Source of the DNA: the human T2T-CHM13v2.0 reference genome, Homo sapiens
Length of the DNA: 64,000 bases
NCBI RefSeq assembly: GCF_009914755.1
Contig: NC_060933.1
Direction: 5' to 3' (one strand)
Both the position numbers and the translations under genes were made by a program. Below are positions 36,726-48,000 of the stretch, in pieces. The notes below the pieces were generated by a model. The model made no database searches, was not told the origin of the DNA, and saw nothing but the letters and a program-made list of their open reading frames with translations. Numbering within the stretch: the first letter of the stretch is position 1; every line of letters begins with the position of its first letter.

Positions 36726-38289
36726 GCTGTGAACAATCCTCTGAACACAATGAGAATGTTAATAGGTAAGCTAACACACAGAACTGCATTGATGAATCTG
36801 ATTCATACTTTTCCAGAGATTTTACCCAAGTAGAAGATAATAGTACCATTTTTCATTAAGTCTAGGGTCGCTAGTATTTTCCTCAATGTCAAAGAAGGCT
36901 ACTACTTTATTTGAGGAGCACCAAATGAATTAGTTGACTTTCGTTTAAGGTTCATGATGTATGAAAAATATGCACCAAACATTAAAATCACACTCAGTGG
37001 AGCTAGCTACCTACACGTAGATAGACATATGGGCATTGATAACTAGTGGAATGAAAAATTGATTCCTTTCTCCCATCTCACACTCATTTCAGGCCACAGG
37101 ACATAAAAGGGAAAAGCAGGCATAATTCCATGTTGTTTCAATTATAACTTTTTAAAACATCCCATCTCCCCATTATTATCCTTGTCTGTGTTTTTGTCTT
37201 TTCTTTGGAAGAAGGAGAAATATGTAGAATCAAATGCACACATGTTAAATACAAGTTCTATTGTAAAGGAGGAAGCTTTTGGCCATGAGAGGCAAAAAGC
37301 CCATTGCAAATGGCTTAAACTTTAAGGGAATTAGTTGTTTTTATAAAGCAATAAGTGCAATGCTAGGTTGGCTATAAAATTAGGCAATTAAGTGGTATAA
37401 GAGGTAATCAAGTCTCAGAATTGTATTTCCATATTTTCAGGTGCAATCTTCAGTATATTGCCAAGCTTCATTCACTTATGAGATGACATCCCTAAATATC
37501 ATATTGTGTCACACTAAAATCCAGAGACAAGAATGGAAAGGACTTTTCTTTTTTCTTTTTTTTTTTTTACATTTCTGTGTCTCTTTAAATATGACAGGAA
37601 CTATCCTAGAAACCCTCCAGAAGGTCACGTGGTTTTCTATGATTCAATCACTGGGAAAGAAAACGACATAATTGCCTTAGGCAAATTGGTATTACCCAAT
37701 CACATTGAAGAGAAATAGATCCAGAAAAATTTCAGGATTTGGGCATCATGGAAGACTTCAAAACACTTGAGGATTAGCACTTGCTTGCATATACTACAGA
37801 CACATACCTAGGCACACACATGAAAAGCTATTTTTTATTAATGATATATTAAGATTCTTCAATACTTTATCATTCACATTAGATTACAGTTTTCCACATG
37901 TATAATACAAGTTATAAACATACTTGTTATTAATTAATATAAAAAGGGCTGCGTTTAAACAGATACTTTCAGTTTATCTACTGTTTTAGTGGTCTATTTC
38001 TAAAGCATATCCACAGATACGAAGTTTCTTGAGTTACTATCACACATTTTTGTACTACTAAGAATCTGTTTTATTTTAATCTTCCCAAATGCAAAAATGA
38101 TAGCTTCTCTGTTATTTCTGAATCACTCCCTGACAGTTGTTTGGGGAGTGCATTTGTTCTTTCAGAGCAATATTTCTAATCTATTAACAATCTATGAAAA
38201 CAATGTGCTCAGGGATTGTTTTCGTTTCCTAAAATTGAAAAAAGCAACGTATTTTAAAAGTCATAGGTGTAATTTGGTTTAAAATATAG

Positions 38290-39700
38290 AGTTTATTCAT
38301 TAAATAAGCAATGTATTTGTATCTGCTATGTAATGTGCATACACAAACACACAGAGAGAAAGAGAGACACAAAGAGAGGCTCAATTTAGAATAGATTAAT
38401 CAGGAAGATTTGTGAAAGTTGGTACACTGAAGTTATTCTTTGTGGCTAGGAGGGATTTCTAATAGGCATAATAAGAGTTAGGACATTCAAAGTATAAAAG
38501 ACTGCATTAATAGAAAAGCACGGAAATGAATGGCAACTTTTTGAGCAGGTTAACTAGAAAGACAAATTTGATTATGTGAACAATGGAATAGGAATATGAG
38601 TAGTGAAACTTTTTTTGGACAGATTACAGGGACTCATGGATATCAAGCTAAGAATGCATTCTATGGCATACTTTATTCTGTGGGTAATGGAGAATAATTG
38701 GAGGTGCTGTAGCAAGACATAGCATGTTTATAATAGTCTTAAGGAAAGACGTGTATGATAAAGTGGGGAAGAAACAAAAGTTAGAAAGACCAAGTTACAA
38801 GCTCACTTTAATATTTAATTAATCATAGATTTCCTTAAAAGGAATTTATCAGTTTGAAGCAATAAACAGAATAAATAACCAGGTTAAGGAAAGAATATTT
38901 TTTAAAATTTTAACTTATTGACTGTAGAATGAGAGAGAGGAAAATCTTAAAGCAATTTGACATTTCAAACCTATGTGTCTAAAAAATAATAGTGCATCAA
39001 ATAGTGATACATAATAATGCATAAAAAACATGTAGGGGGAAGAGAAAATCAATGCGTCATTGATTAGACATCATTTTGTGTTTCAGTGGGGAAAAATGTC
39101 CAAGTTGGTGTTTATTATTTGAGAATTCAAAAATATAATATGATCTGCTGATCATAAGCTGGATTTGTGACTATTCTACACAGATATAGCTGGTGATGCT
39201 ATGGGTATAAATAGGATAATTAAATAATAGGTTTATTAAAATTTTTTTGTATTAAAAAAATAATTTTTTTTTTTTTTTAGTAGAGATAGGATCTCACTGT
39301 GTTGCCCAGAATCATCTCAAACTCCTGGCCTCAAGGGATCCTCCCACTTAAACCTCCCAAAATGTTGGGATTATAGGTGTGAGCCACTGTGCCTGGCTAA
39401 ATGACAGGTTTTCAAAAAATGGTATGGAAGTACAGGAGACAGACTCTTGAAATGTAAATGGGCAGAGAAGAAAGGCACAACAAAGAATAAAGAAGAGTAA
39501 TAATTCCAGTTTACCCTGGTTCAGTGGAAGCTCAGAAAGGAACATTTGAAAAATGAGGCATTGGTCAATAGAGTCACATTCTGCAGGAGTAGCATGAATA
39601 TGAAGGATGTAAGGCAGTTATCTGCATTGGCTTTCATGATGCTGGAGAGAGCAGTTAAATAGGAATGGGGTCAGATTACTGAGGTGAATGAACAAAGACA
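38290..39700 (-). mobile_element. degraded L2 fragments
   Basis: 'ttcattaaataagcaatgtattt' tail and 'ctttattctgtgggtaatggaga' L2-antisense phrases. Confidence 0.5.
39264..39398 (-). mobile_element. Alu left monomer / FLAM
   Basis: poly-T plus 'tctcaaactcctggcctcaag..cctcccaaaatgttgggattataggtgtgagccactgtgcctggc'. Confidence 0.9.
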
Positions 39701-39979
39701 AGTTCAAAATGATGTGACACATTCACCAACTGAAGGGGGAGATGCTGAGATAGAGAATTGGTATCACAGAAAATCCAAAATTCAATCTAAAGTGAATTAT
39801 GCAGTGAATGTTGCTACACATAGATAATACCTGGATAATGCATCAGTATTCAAGTGAAAGTGATTCATCTTCTTCATTTCATATTTTTATTAATATTAAA
39901 AGTTTCTTAGTCACAAGCCTTTGAAACCTTAATCACCTTTGATTCTTCCTTTTTACTCCACAACCAATTAGGATCAAAG

Positions 39980-40175
39980 GCAGCATGCTACCTACAATAG
40001 AGCATGCTTTAAATTAGATATGCATTCAAATTTCAGCTCTGAAATTTACCAGTTTAAAACCATAATTTAGTCTATCTGGGTTTACTTTCCTCCTGTGGGA
40101 GATGAGGGTAAAAATATCTGTCTTTCAATGTTTTTGTGAAGTAATAGTAATGTGTGGGAAGGAACCCATCATAGT
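39980..40175 (+). mobile_element. MIR
   Basis: 'ttcaaatttcagctctg..tttcctcctgtgg..catagta'. Confidence 0.5.
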
Positions 40176-43145
40176 ATCTTTACTCTCATTCTCTTTAGTT
40201 TTTACCTGTATATCAATGACATCTAAATCGAAATTTTGCTTTTAGTCCTATAATGAATTCAACCTGTTTGAAACTGGATTTAGGGACATTAGTTAAAAGA
40301 TGATCTTAATAGTTCTGGCAAAATACAAATTACTGAGCTAGGTCAGACATATATCTATTATTAGACACTTCCATCTGCTTGCCCCATTTGACAACTAATT
40401 TTGATATATATTTATCTAACTCAGTTAATCTGCTAATCTTTCACGTAATATTTTTATAATCTGTTGCACATCACAATTCCTTTAATTTCATTCTGCAATT
40501 CTTTATTTAGTCTCTTGCCTCTTTTCTAGCCATATATTCAGTACTAATCTAGCCCCATATACACTAAACTTATTTTTGGTTACTCGAACTTGCCTTTTAA
40601 AATTTTCATATGCCCTTTGTTTCGAATGTCTGTCTTCCTGATCTACCTAGTTAACATTTTTCATCTTTCAAAATTTAGGCAAAGCGACATTTTCTAAGAG
40701 TATCATCAATCACTCTCTATCCTACCTATGGATAAATGATGTGTTTTGTCCTTTTATTGCTTATGACATCATGTATACTACTCTATTGAAGCTTTTCTTA
40801 TATGGTGTTTAGCTCTTTATTTCAGTGTCTGTTACATTCTTTAATGGTACTTTATATTGATATTGTTTGACTTTCAATAGATGCTTATTGGATAAAAAAC
40901 TATTGATTAACATACATCACAGAGTTGGGATTATATAATATGACCCCAACACAAAATAATTTTAAATTATTAAGTGTCTCATATGGTCACAACAGTGAAC
41001 CTAGCTTTGCAATTCTTATAATTGACCTTTATGAAGAATTTGAAAAAAATTATAAAGGGTCCTTCAAAGTATGAGCAAAGTACATAAAGTACTGACAACT
41101 GGACTCATATGAGGGAAGATATAATGAGTTGGTATAGACCAGTTTAGAAAAGAAAAGGATGCTAACCCACTGCAACTATTTGAAGAGATTTATAAAGAGA
41201 ATTGTGTTTTTTCTTTTTAGCATCCATCTCCAGAAGAGACAGAATAAGAAAAAAGCTTAAATTATATTAAGAATTTGGATTAGCATTCTGAAGAGACCAT
41301 TATCTATGCACAGTTAAAAGTAAAATAAGAATATTTTATTTGTGCCAACTTTTAAAATAAGATGAAAAACCTAGAATTAAGGAATTTGTTCAGAGAGCCT
41401 TCAGACCTTTCCTGACTAACAAAATAAACATAACACAGAAGATAAGAATTTAAGGATATGTTAATGTATACTGTGTTTGTTCCTTTTTAGTCATATTGTA
41501 AGCAGATTATTTTGTGCATATGACCAAAACCAATCAACAAATAAGAATATTATGCCCATATTAAGGGTACTAGTCTCAGTTTAATTACCTACTTATAAAA
41601 TAGACAGCCATTAACTCCACAGGCTCTAAGCACATAACAGGGTTTGTAAAAACTAATGAATACTTTTAGAAACCAGAGCATAAACCCAAGTATAATATAG
41701 TACTTTTAAACTGTATTTCTTTATTGTGTGAACAAGTATTTCATGCATTGAAAAATAATCAAATGCAAAAGGGACCACAATAAATTATGTTTCCTTCCCA
41801 CTGCTATTCAATTTTCTTGTCCGACAGCATACCTGTAGGATCAAGTGCAATTTCCTCATGGTTGCATAGAAAGCGTCATTATAGTCTTGTGTCTGCCCAC
41901 TTTTCCAACTCATACTAGTTTAATATATATTCTCTCTCTAGGAATATGTACACCCCCCCCACACACATCTGCACTTATTTTTTGGCTTCATAAAATATCT
42001 CAGAGATAATTGTATATCAGAACATACTGATATGATTCATTCTAAAAAATGAGTCATTCCATTTTACAATTGTACAATAATTTATACTACCAATCACTTT
42101 CATTTACATTACAGGCTTTCCCAGACCATAATGTAAATGAGAGGATCCTCTTTATTTCTATTGGTATAATCTGATGAACAAATGAACATATGAGTAAAGA
42201 TCATTTACTCAGCATGTAACTCATTTCGAATATTTATTTTTCAGTAAGATCCACAAGAAAGCATAGGGGAGCTCCTTATGAGTGATTACATTTTGGGCAC
42301 CTACCAGATTAGTCTAAAGTAATGAATGTCTCTAAGTAAATTTTAGCCTAAATTCTTCCATGCACTATAAAATATTCAGAACCTTCCACTGTGGGATCTC
42401 TGAGAGAGGTTTAGCAATTAAAGTATAATATAATACTAGAAGGATTATAATACTAGAAGGATATTGAGCATATTCAGGACCTGTTGGACAGATAAAACCT
42501 CAGTAAGAATTCCTGCAGTATCCTGGGAGGAGGCAGAAAATGGCAGTTGAGATTCCTCTTCTTCCCCCGACATCACCAGAGAGGACCAGAGTAATAGAAC
42601 TTTGACAAATGATGTCACCTTCCAGGGCTAAAGGGAAGACGCTCACAAGGGGACCATGATTATAGTCCATTGTCCCTGTCTGGAGCATTAAGAGGGAGGT
42701 TCTCCAATGTCAGGAACAACCACTTACTCTCTATACTCTGAAATCTATTCTCTTTATCTTGTTCACCATCTCTTTTGCTTTACTCATTCTGTAAACTCCA
42801 CTGTATGTTGTGTTTGATGAAACTTAACCGTTAGCTGGAAGTTTAAGAGTGGGAATCAATAGTGATGTTACTTAATAAGGCATAGCTTTGTGTGATTCAG
42901 AGAACAGGATTGGCTAGGAGGAAATTGACCTAAGCTCTTCTTCCCAGGATGCTTCTGTTGGCTTAAGAAGAGAGACAAAGACTTTCAAGAACGAGTTATA
43001 TTTTAGATATTACCCAATGGGATCTTGGTATGTGGAGAGATTGATTAGGCTACATGGTAAGTATTCTTTGGAAATATAAACAGAGGCCCTTCGTTCACCC
43101 TGTGTCCTATTCTGTTCTTTCTTCAAGGTTTAGGATCTTCAGAGT

Positions 43146-43372
43146 CTTTCTTTCTTTCTTTCTTTTTCTTTCTTTCTTTCTTTCTCTTTCTTTCTTTCTT
43201 TCCTTTCTTCCTTCCTTTCTTTCTCTCTCTTTCTTTCTTTCTCTTTCTTTCTTTCTTTCCTTTCTTCCTTCCTTTCTTTCTCTCTCTTTCTTTCTTTCCT
43301 TTCTTCCTTCCTTTCTTTCTCTCCTTTTCTTCCTTTCTCTTTCTTTCTCTCTCTCTCTTTCTTCTTTCTCTT
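43146..43372. repeat. complex (TTTC/TTCC/TC)n polypyrimidine microsatellite
   Basis: ~225 nt of only C and T; source of ORFs 43054-43451. Confidence 0.95.
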
Positions 43373-44449
43373 GTCTGCTCTTTTTTTTTGCTTTAAGAGA
43401 TTTAACATTTACTGAGTATACATTTAATATGAAATCATAAATATTGGTCAAAACTCAAATAGGTCATATTGCTGAGGAGGTAAAAGTAGGGGCTGACAGG
43501 TGGGGTGTAGAAAGTGACTACTGAGACAGCTCCCCAGTTGCCTGGGCTATGGTACTTTACAGAACCTGTTCTTCAGAACTAGTACATTCTGCACAATGGG
43601 ATATTTGACCTATTATTCTTCTAGATGCTGGATAGCTTTTGAGTGAGGTTGAAGAGAGCTGAGAAAGGTGAATTGAAATAGATGCCTAAAATTGAATTCT
43701 AAAATATGATGAAAGGGAAACAAATGTTTGGGTCTTTATGAATTTGAGAAAAATCAAAACTTTAAGAAATGTTTGATACCAAGTTGAAAGACAATATTTT
43801 TTAATAAGTTATAAAGCTAGGAAGTGATACTTTTGAGAAATCTTAGCTCAGATGCTGAAGTCAATAATAAAGTTGAGGACAGTTTAAAGTTGAGGAAATG
43901 TGTAAGAACTCAGTGGGATATAATAAATCCAATTGATAAAAAGTGTTCATGGCCTAGTCTGAGACAAGGGTTAACTTATTTGGATGACATTGTGGTAGAA
44001 AGAAGAATTTTGAAATGATTGAAGAAGTGCCTGTGGATGGATATAAAGCTATTGAAAAATAAATTAGATAGTAAGTGTGGAAGATGCAACGTGAATAGTT
44101 TTGAGGGACTCCATTTCCAGATTCTGAACTTTCATTAACAATGTTTTTAAAACTGTCTTAGAACTGGCCTTCATTCACATTATAGGTTTTTGCACTTGGT
44201 ACATAAAGGCACAATACCCCACCTATCCCAAATCTTATAATGTTACATTGACTGGGATGTAAAATCCTTTTGGTGATAAGGGGATAATGTGCAAGCGGTA
44301 GCAATAATTTGGGGGAAGCTTCCATTAATGACTTTTCAAGCCACTCTAAACAATAGAACTTACAGATTTTGCCTATTTATATATTTTTCTTGGGTGAAGC
44401 TTACTCCTTATTTGAATGTACTGCCTTATCTTCCTTAAAAAAAAAAAAA

Positions 44450-45010
44450 CTTTATTGAGGTACAATTGGCAAACAAAAGGCTGTATATTTACTCTATACA
44501 ATTTATTGTCTTAGAAGACAGGTATATACCTGTGAAACCATCATCACAATTGATGCCGTAAATGTATTCATCACATTCAAAGCTTCCTCCATCTCCTTTT
44601 GCTTTTTTTTCCCGTTTGTGGTAAGAGCACCTAACATAAGATTTACCCACTTAGCAAATGTTTAAGTATATAATACAGTATGTATTGCTAATCACTTGTT
44701 CCATGATGTGCAGTAGGTCTCCAGAACTTATTTAACTTGCATAAATGAAACTTTGTGCCCTTTGACCAACACCTCATATTTTCTCTTCCCTGCAGCCTGT
44801 GGTTTTGACTATATATATACATATATACACACACACACATATATATACACACATACATATATACACATATATATATACATACACACACATATATATACAC
44901 ATATATATACACACATATATATACACATATACATATATGATATATCAAGCAGTATATTTCTTTCTGTGTCTGACATTTCACTTGGCATAATATCATACAG
45001 GTTTATCAAC
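44450..45010 (-). mobile_element. L1MA/MB 3' end with embedded (TA/CA)n
   Basis: 'tttattgaggtacaattg','ggtctccagaacttat','aactttgtgccctttgaccaac'. Confidence 0.8.
44810..44945. repeat. (TA)n/(CA)n compound microsatellite
   Basis: alternating tatatacacaca units. Confidence 0.95.
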
Positions 45011-45014
45011 AAAG

Positions 45015-45755
45015 ATGCTAAACAAGAAAGCATGTAAAAGTATACATCTCACTGCCATAGGTAAACAAAAACAAACATGTGATATTGTAATGCATTAATG
45101 GTAGCACTTAAAATCACTTTTAACACTAGTAAATAAATTTAAAAGACAAAAGTAGTAAGTATAACGATAACCATAAAAATTTGTTAATGGAAACAAAATA
45201 TAGAAATAACTAAAATCTAACATCAATTACATAAATTGTGGTGAGGGGGAATAAAGTGTAGAGTTCCTGTATACAATTGATGTTAAGTTGTTATCAGCTT
45301 GAAACAGACTGTTAGAACTATAAAATGTTTAATGCAAGCCACATTGTAACCACAAAATTTATATAGTAGCTACACAAAAGATAAAGAAATAAATGACAGC
45401 ACACCAATACAAAACATCATCAAATCACAAAGAAAGAAAACTAGAGAAGAGAGGAATGAGAGAAACACAACACAGAAAAAAAACATTTACCAAAGTGACA
45501 AAAGTAAGTTCCTACCTATCAATGATTACTTTGAATGAAAATAGACTAAATTTCCCAATCAAAAATCACAGGGAGGCTGAATGAAGTAAAAAACAATACC
45601 CAATTATGTGCTGTTTACAAGAAACTCGCTTTAGATTTAAGGACACAAAGGCTGAAAGTGAAGGGATAGAAAAAGATATTCCATGCAAATGGTAACCAAA
45701 AAAGAGCAGATGGGGCTATACTTATATCAGACAAGTGGAACTAAAGTCAAAAAAG
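45015..45755 (+). mobile_element. L1M inter-ORF region and ORF2 start
   Basis: VSSYLSMITLNENRLNFPIKNHR, then 'tgctgtttacaagaaactc..gatattccatgcaaatggtaacc' = L1 EN N-terminus. Confidence 0.8.
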
Positions 45756-45811
45756 TACTGAATTCCTAACAACAGAAGCTGTAGAATCCACTTACTTTGG
45801 TTCTTTTAAAC

Positions 45812-46034
45812 TAGTAACTCATAAAGGGGGATGATTTTGCTCCTCAGGGGACATTTGGAAACATTCTTGGAGACATATTTTGGTGTCATAAGTGTGTGTA
45901 TATGTGTATGTGAGAAGGGGGAGGGAGTGCTCCTGGCATCTAGTAGGCAGAGACCAGGGATGCCGCTAAACATATCACAAGGCACAGTCCTCCCTTCCCT
46001 AAAATGTCAATAGTACAGAAGTTGAGAAACACTG
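45812..46034 (+). mobile_element. MER20 (hAT-Charlie MITE)
   Basis: 'gattttgctcctcaggggacatttgg..ctggcatctagtaggcagag..gttgagaaacactg'; 8-bp TSD ttttaaac/ttttaaat. Confidence 0.9.
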
Positions 46035-46249
46035 TTTTAAATGTAAGTAGAATACTTTTTGAAATATTGCATTTTTCAAAATGTAATAGATAAAATCATC
46101 ATACATAAATTAATTTGTTATTCTAGTAAAAGTAAGTACTTTATTGCATGTTATAAAATGTTTAATGTATTCTATCTTTTATTTCAAAATAAACTCATTT
46201 AAACGAGATATAAAGCAGGTATCAGCTCAATGATATGAGGAGAATGAAG

Positions 46250-46630
46250 GTTGTCACTCTCTTTTCCTGGAATAATAATTTTCCTTTAGAGAGTATAATG
46301 GATCACTCCCTCATCTCTGTCAGCAATTTGTTCAAATGTTTTTTCATTTTTAATAAGGTCCTCCCCAACCACAGTATTGAAAACTATAATCTATCCTTCC
46401 ACCCACTCACTCCTATCTCCCTTCCCTGCTTTATTTTTCCATGTTATTTATGACCATCTAATATAAGGTCTATTTTACTATTTTATTGTTTTACTTATTT
46501 TCTTCCTTCTAACATTAGCTCCATTAGAGTAGAGATAGTCACCTGTTTTTCTCAAAGTTGCATTCCCCAAAACTAAAAAATACTAGGCACAAAGCAGGTA
46601 CTCAACAAATACTTGTAAAATGAATGAAAA
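46250..46630 (+). mobile_element. L2 3' end
   Basis: 'ggcacaaagcaggtactcaacaaatacttg..aatgaatgaa'. Confidence 0.7.
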
Positions 46631-47559
46631 ATTACATTTCAAATGGAAGAAAGCTTTTAAAAGAATTCTAAACAGCCATTGGATTGTAGAAGACAGTGAA
46701 TAGGAAATGGACATGGGAGGAATATAAAGATTATGGACTTTCTCTTTCAGGTTATTGATGGAGTATGGCTGAGCTTGATAGCCAGTAGATGCCACTCAGA
46801 ATTTTAGACTATCCACTGACACTGGACCTGCTAAAGACTGAATAGTGAATAACAAATGATCTAGTGCTTGTGAACAGGCCTAGCAGAAAGGACAGACTCT
46901 GAAATGAAGAGAAACATTGGTGATAATATAGGGTTAAGGGATAGCTCTGGAGAGAATTACTGAATGTTTTACTTTAGCAGGTAAGTCACATGGTTTGAAT
47001 TGACACTTAAAATATATCCAAATTTCAGCATTTGTCATCAACTAGTTTGTATAGTGAACAGGAAATATACAGCCCCTGTGCTGACAAGGTTGTGAATAAC
47101 AGACCAGACCATGTAATAACAGGTTTATTTATAACCAAGCTATTATATGGAAAGAGGTAGCTCTATAACAAGTATTCCAGAATTCATTGACAAGGGGAAA
47201 AGCTGTAGGACAAGCCAGGTGACAAAGGCATTGCATTAGTAATGGAGTAAAAACTTAAAATTTGGAAATACTTGACAGCGTGTGATGGCCCACTCAGAAT
47301 AATTTGTGCAATCTATTTTCCAGTAAAGGAGACCCATTTGCATACAGCTTCCTGCTTTGAAATTTCACACAACCAAGCTGGTTAGGTAAGACACACTTTT
47401 TTGGTGTGGAGTCATGGATGTGACTGAAGAGGCTGCCAAGGTCACTCTTCTGGGAGACTCTCATTGTTTGATTGATTGTTTGATGGATTTATTCATTCAA
47501 TCGACAGACATTAATTAGAAACCTATTCTGTACCTCTCAACAGTGTGTCAATGCTTAAG

Positions 47560-48000
47560 AACCATGATTTTAAATTTAGACAAAGTTGGATCCAAATCAC
47601 AGCTCTTACACTTAACAACTGAGTTCTTTGAAAGTGAGTTAACTTCTGCATCTTGGTTTCAACATCAATAAAGGGGAGTGAATCATAGCTACCACGTATC
47701 TTGTTGGAAGGTTTTTCTTCTTTTTTTGGCATTGAATAATTTATTAGCAGATCTTTTTTTCTTAAAAAAGACTCTATATTAGCTAACTAGTGCATTTTTT
47801 TCTTTTTTTAATTAAATTTTATTTTATTTTAAGTTCCAGGATACATAGGCAGGTTTCTTACATAGGTAAATGTGTGCCATGGCGGTTTGCTGCACCTGTC
47901 AATCCATCACCTAGGTATTAATCCCCACATGAAGTTTTAAGGGGGACATTGTATATACATTTTGCACACACTGCGCTCAGTATATGCATCAATATTGTTT
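47560..48000 (+). mobile_element. MIR split by an L1 insertion at 47715-47930
   Basis: 'gttaacttctgcatcttggtttcaacatcaataaa..gttggaagg' resumes as 'gaagttttaa..cacactgcg..catcaatattgtt'. Confidence 0.55.
47795..47930 (-). mobile_element. very short L1PA 3' end
   Basis: 'ttattttaagttccaggatacat..tgtgccatggcggtttgctgcacct..catcacctaggtattaa'. Confidence 0.9.

Noticed and set aside
37250-37720. Possible old MLT1 LTR
   Set aside because: Only vague resemblance; no termini or TSD I can support
43054-43451. Three overlapping ORFs of 89-128 aa
   Set aside because: Translation of the (TTTC)n repeat
44688-45037. Four overlapping ORFs rich in Y/I/H/T/C/V
   Set aside because: Translation of the (TA/CA)n microsatellite
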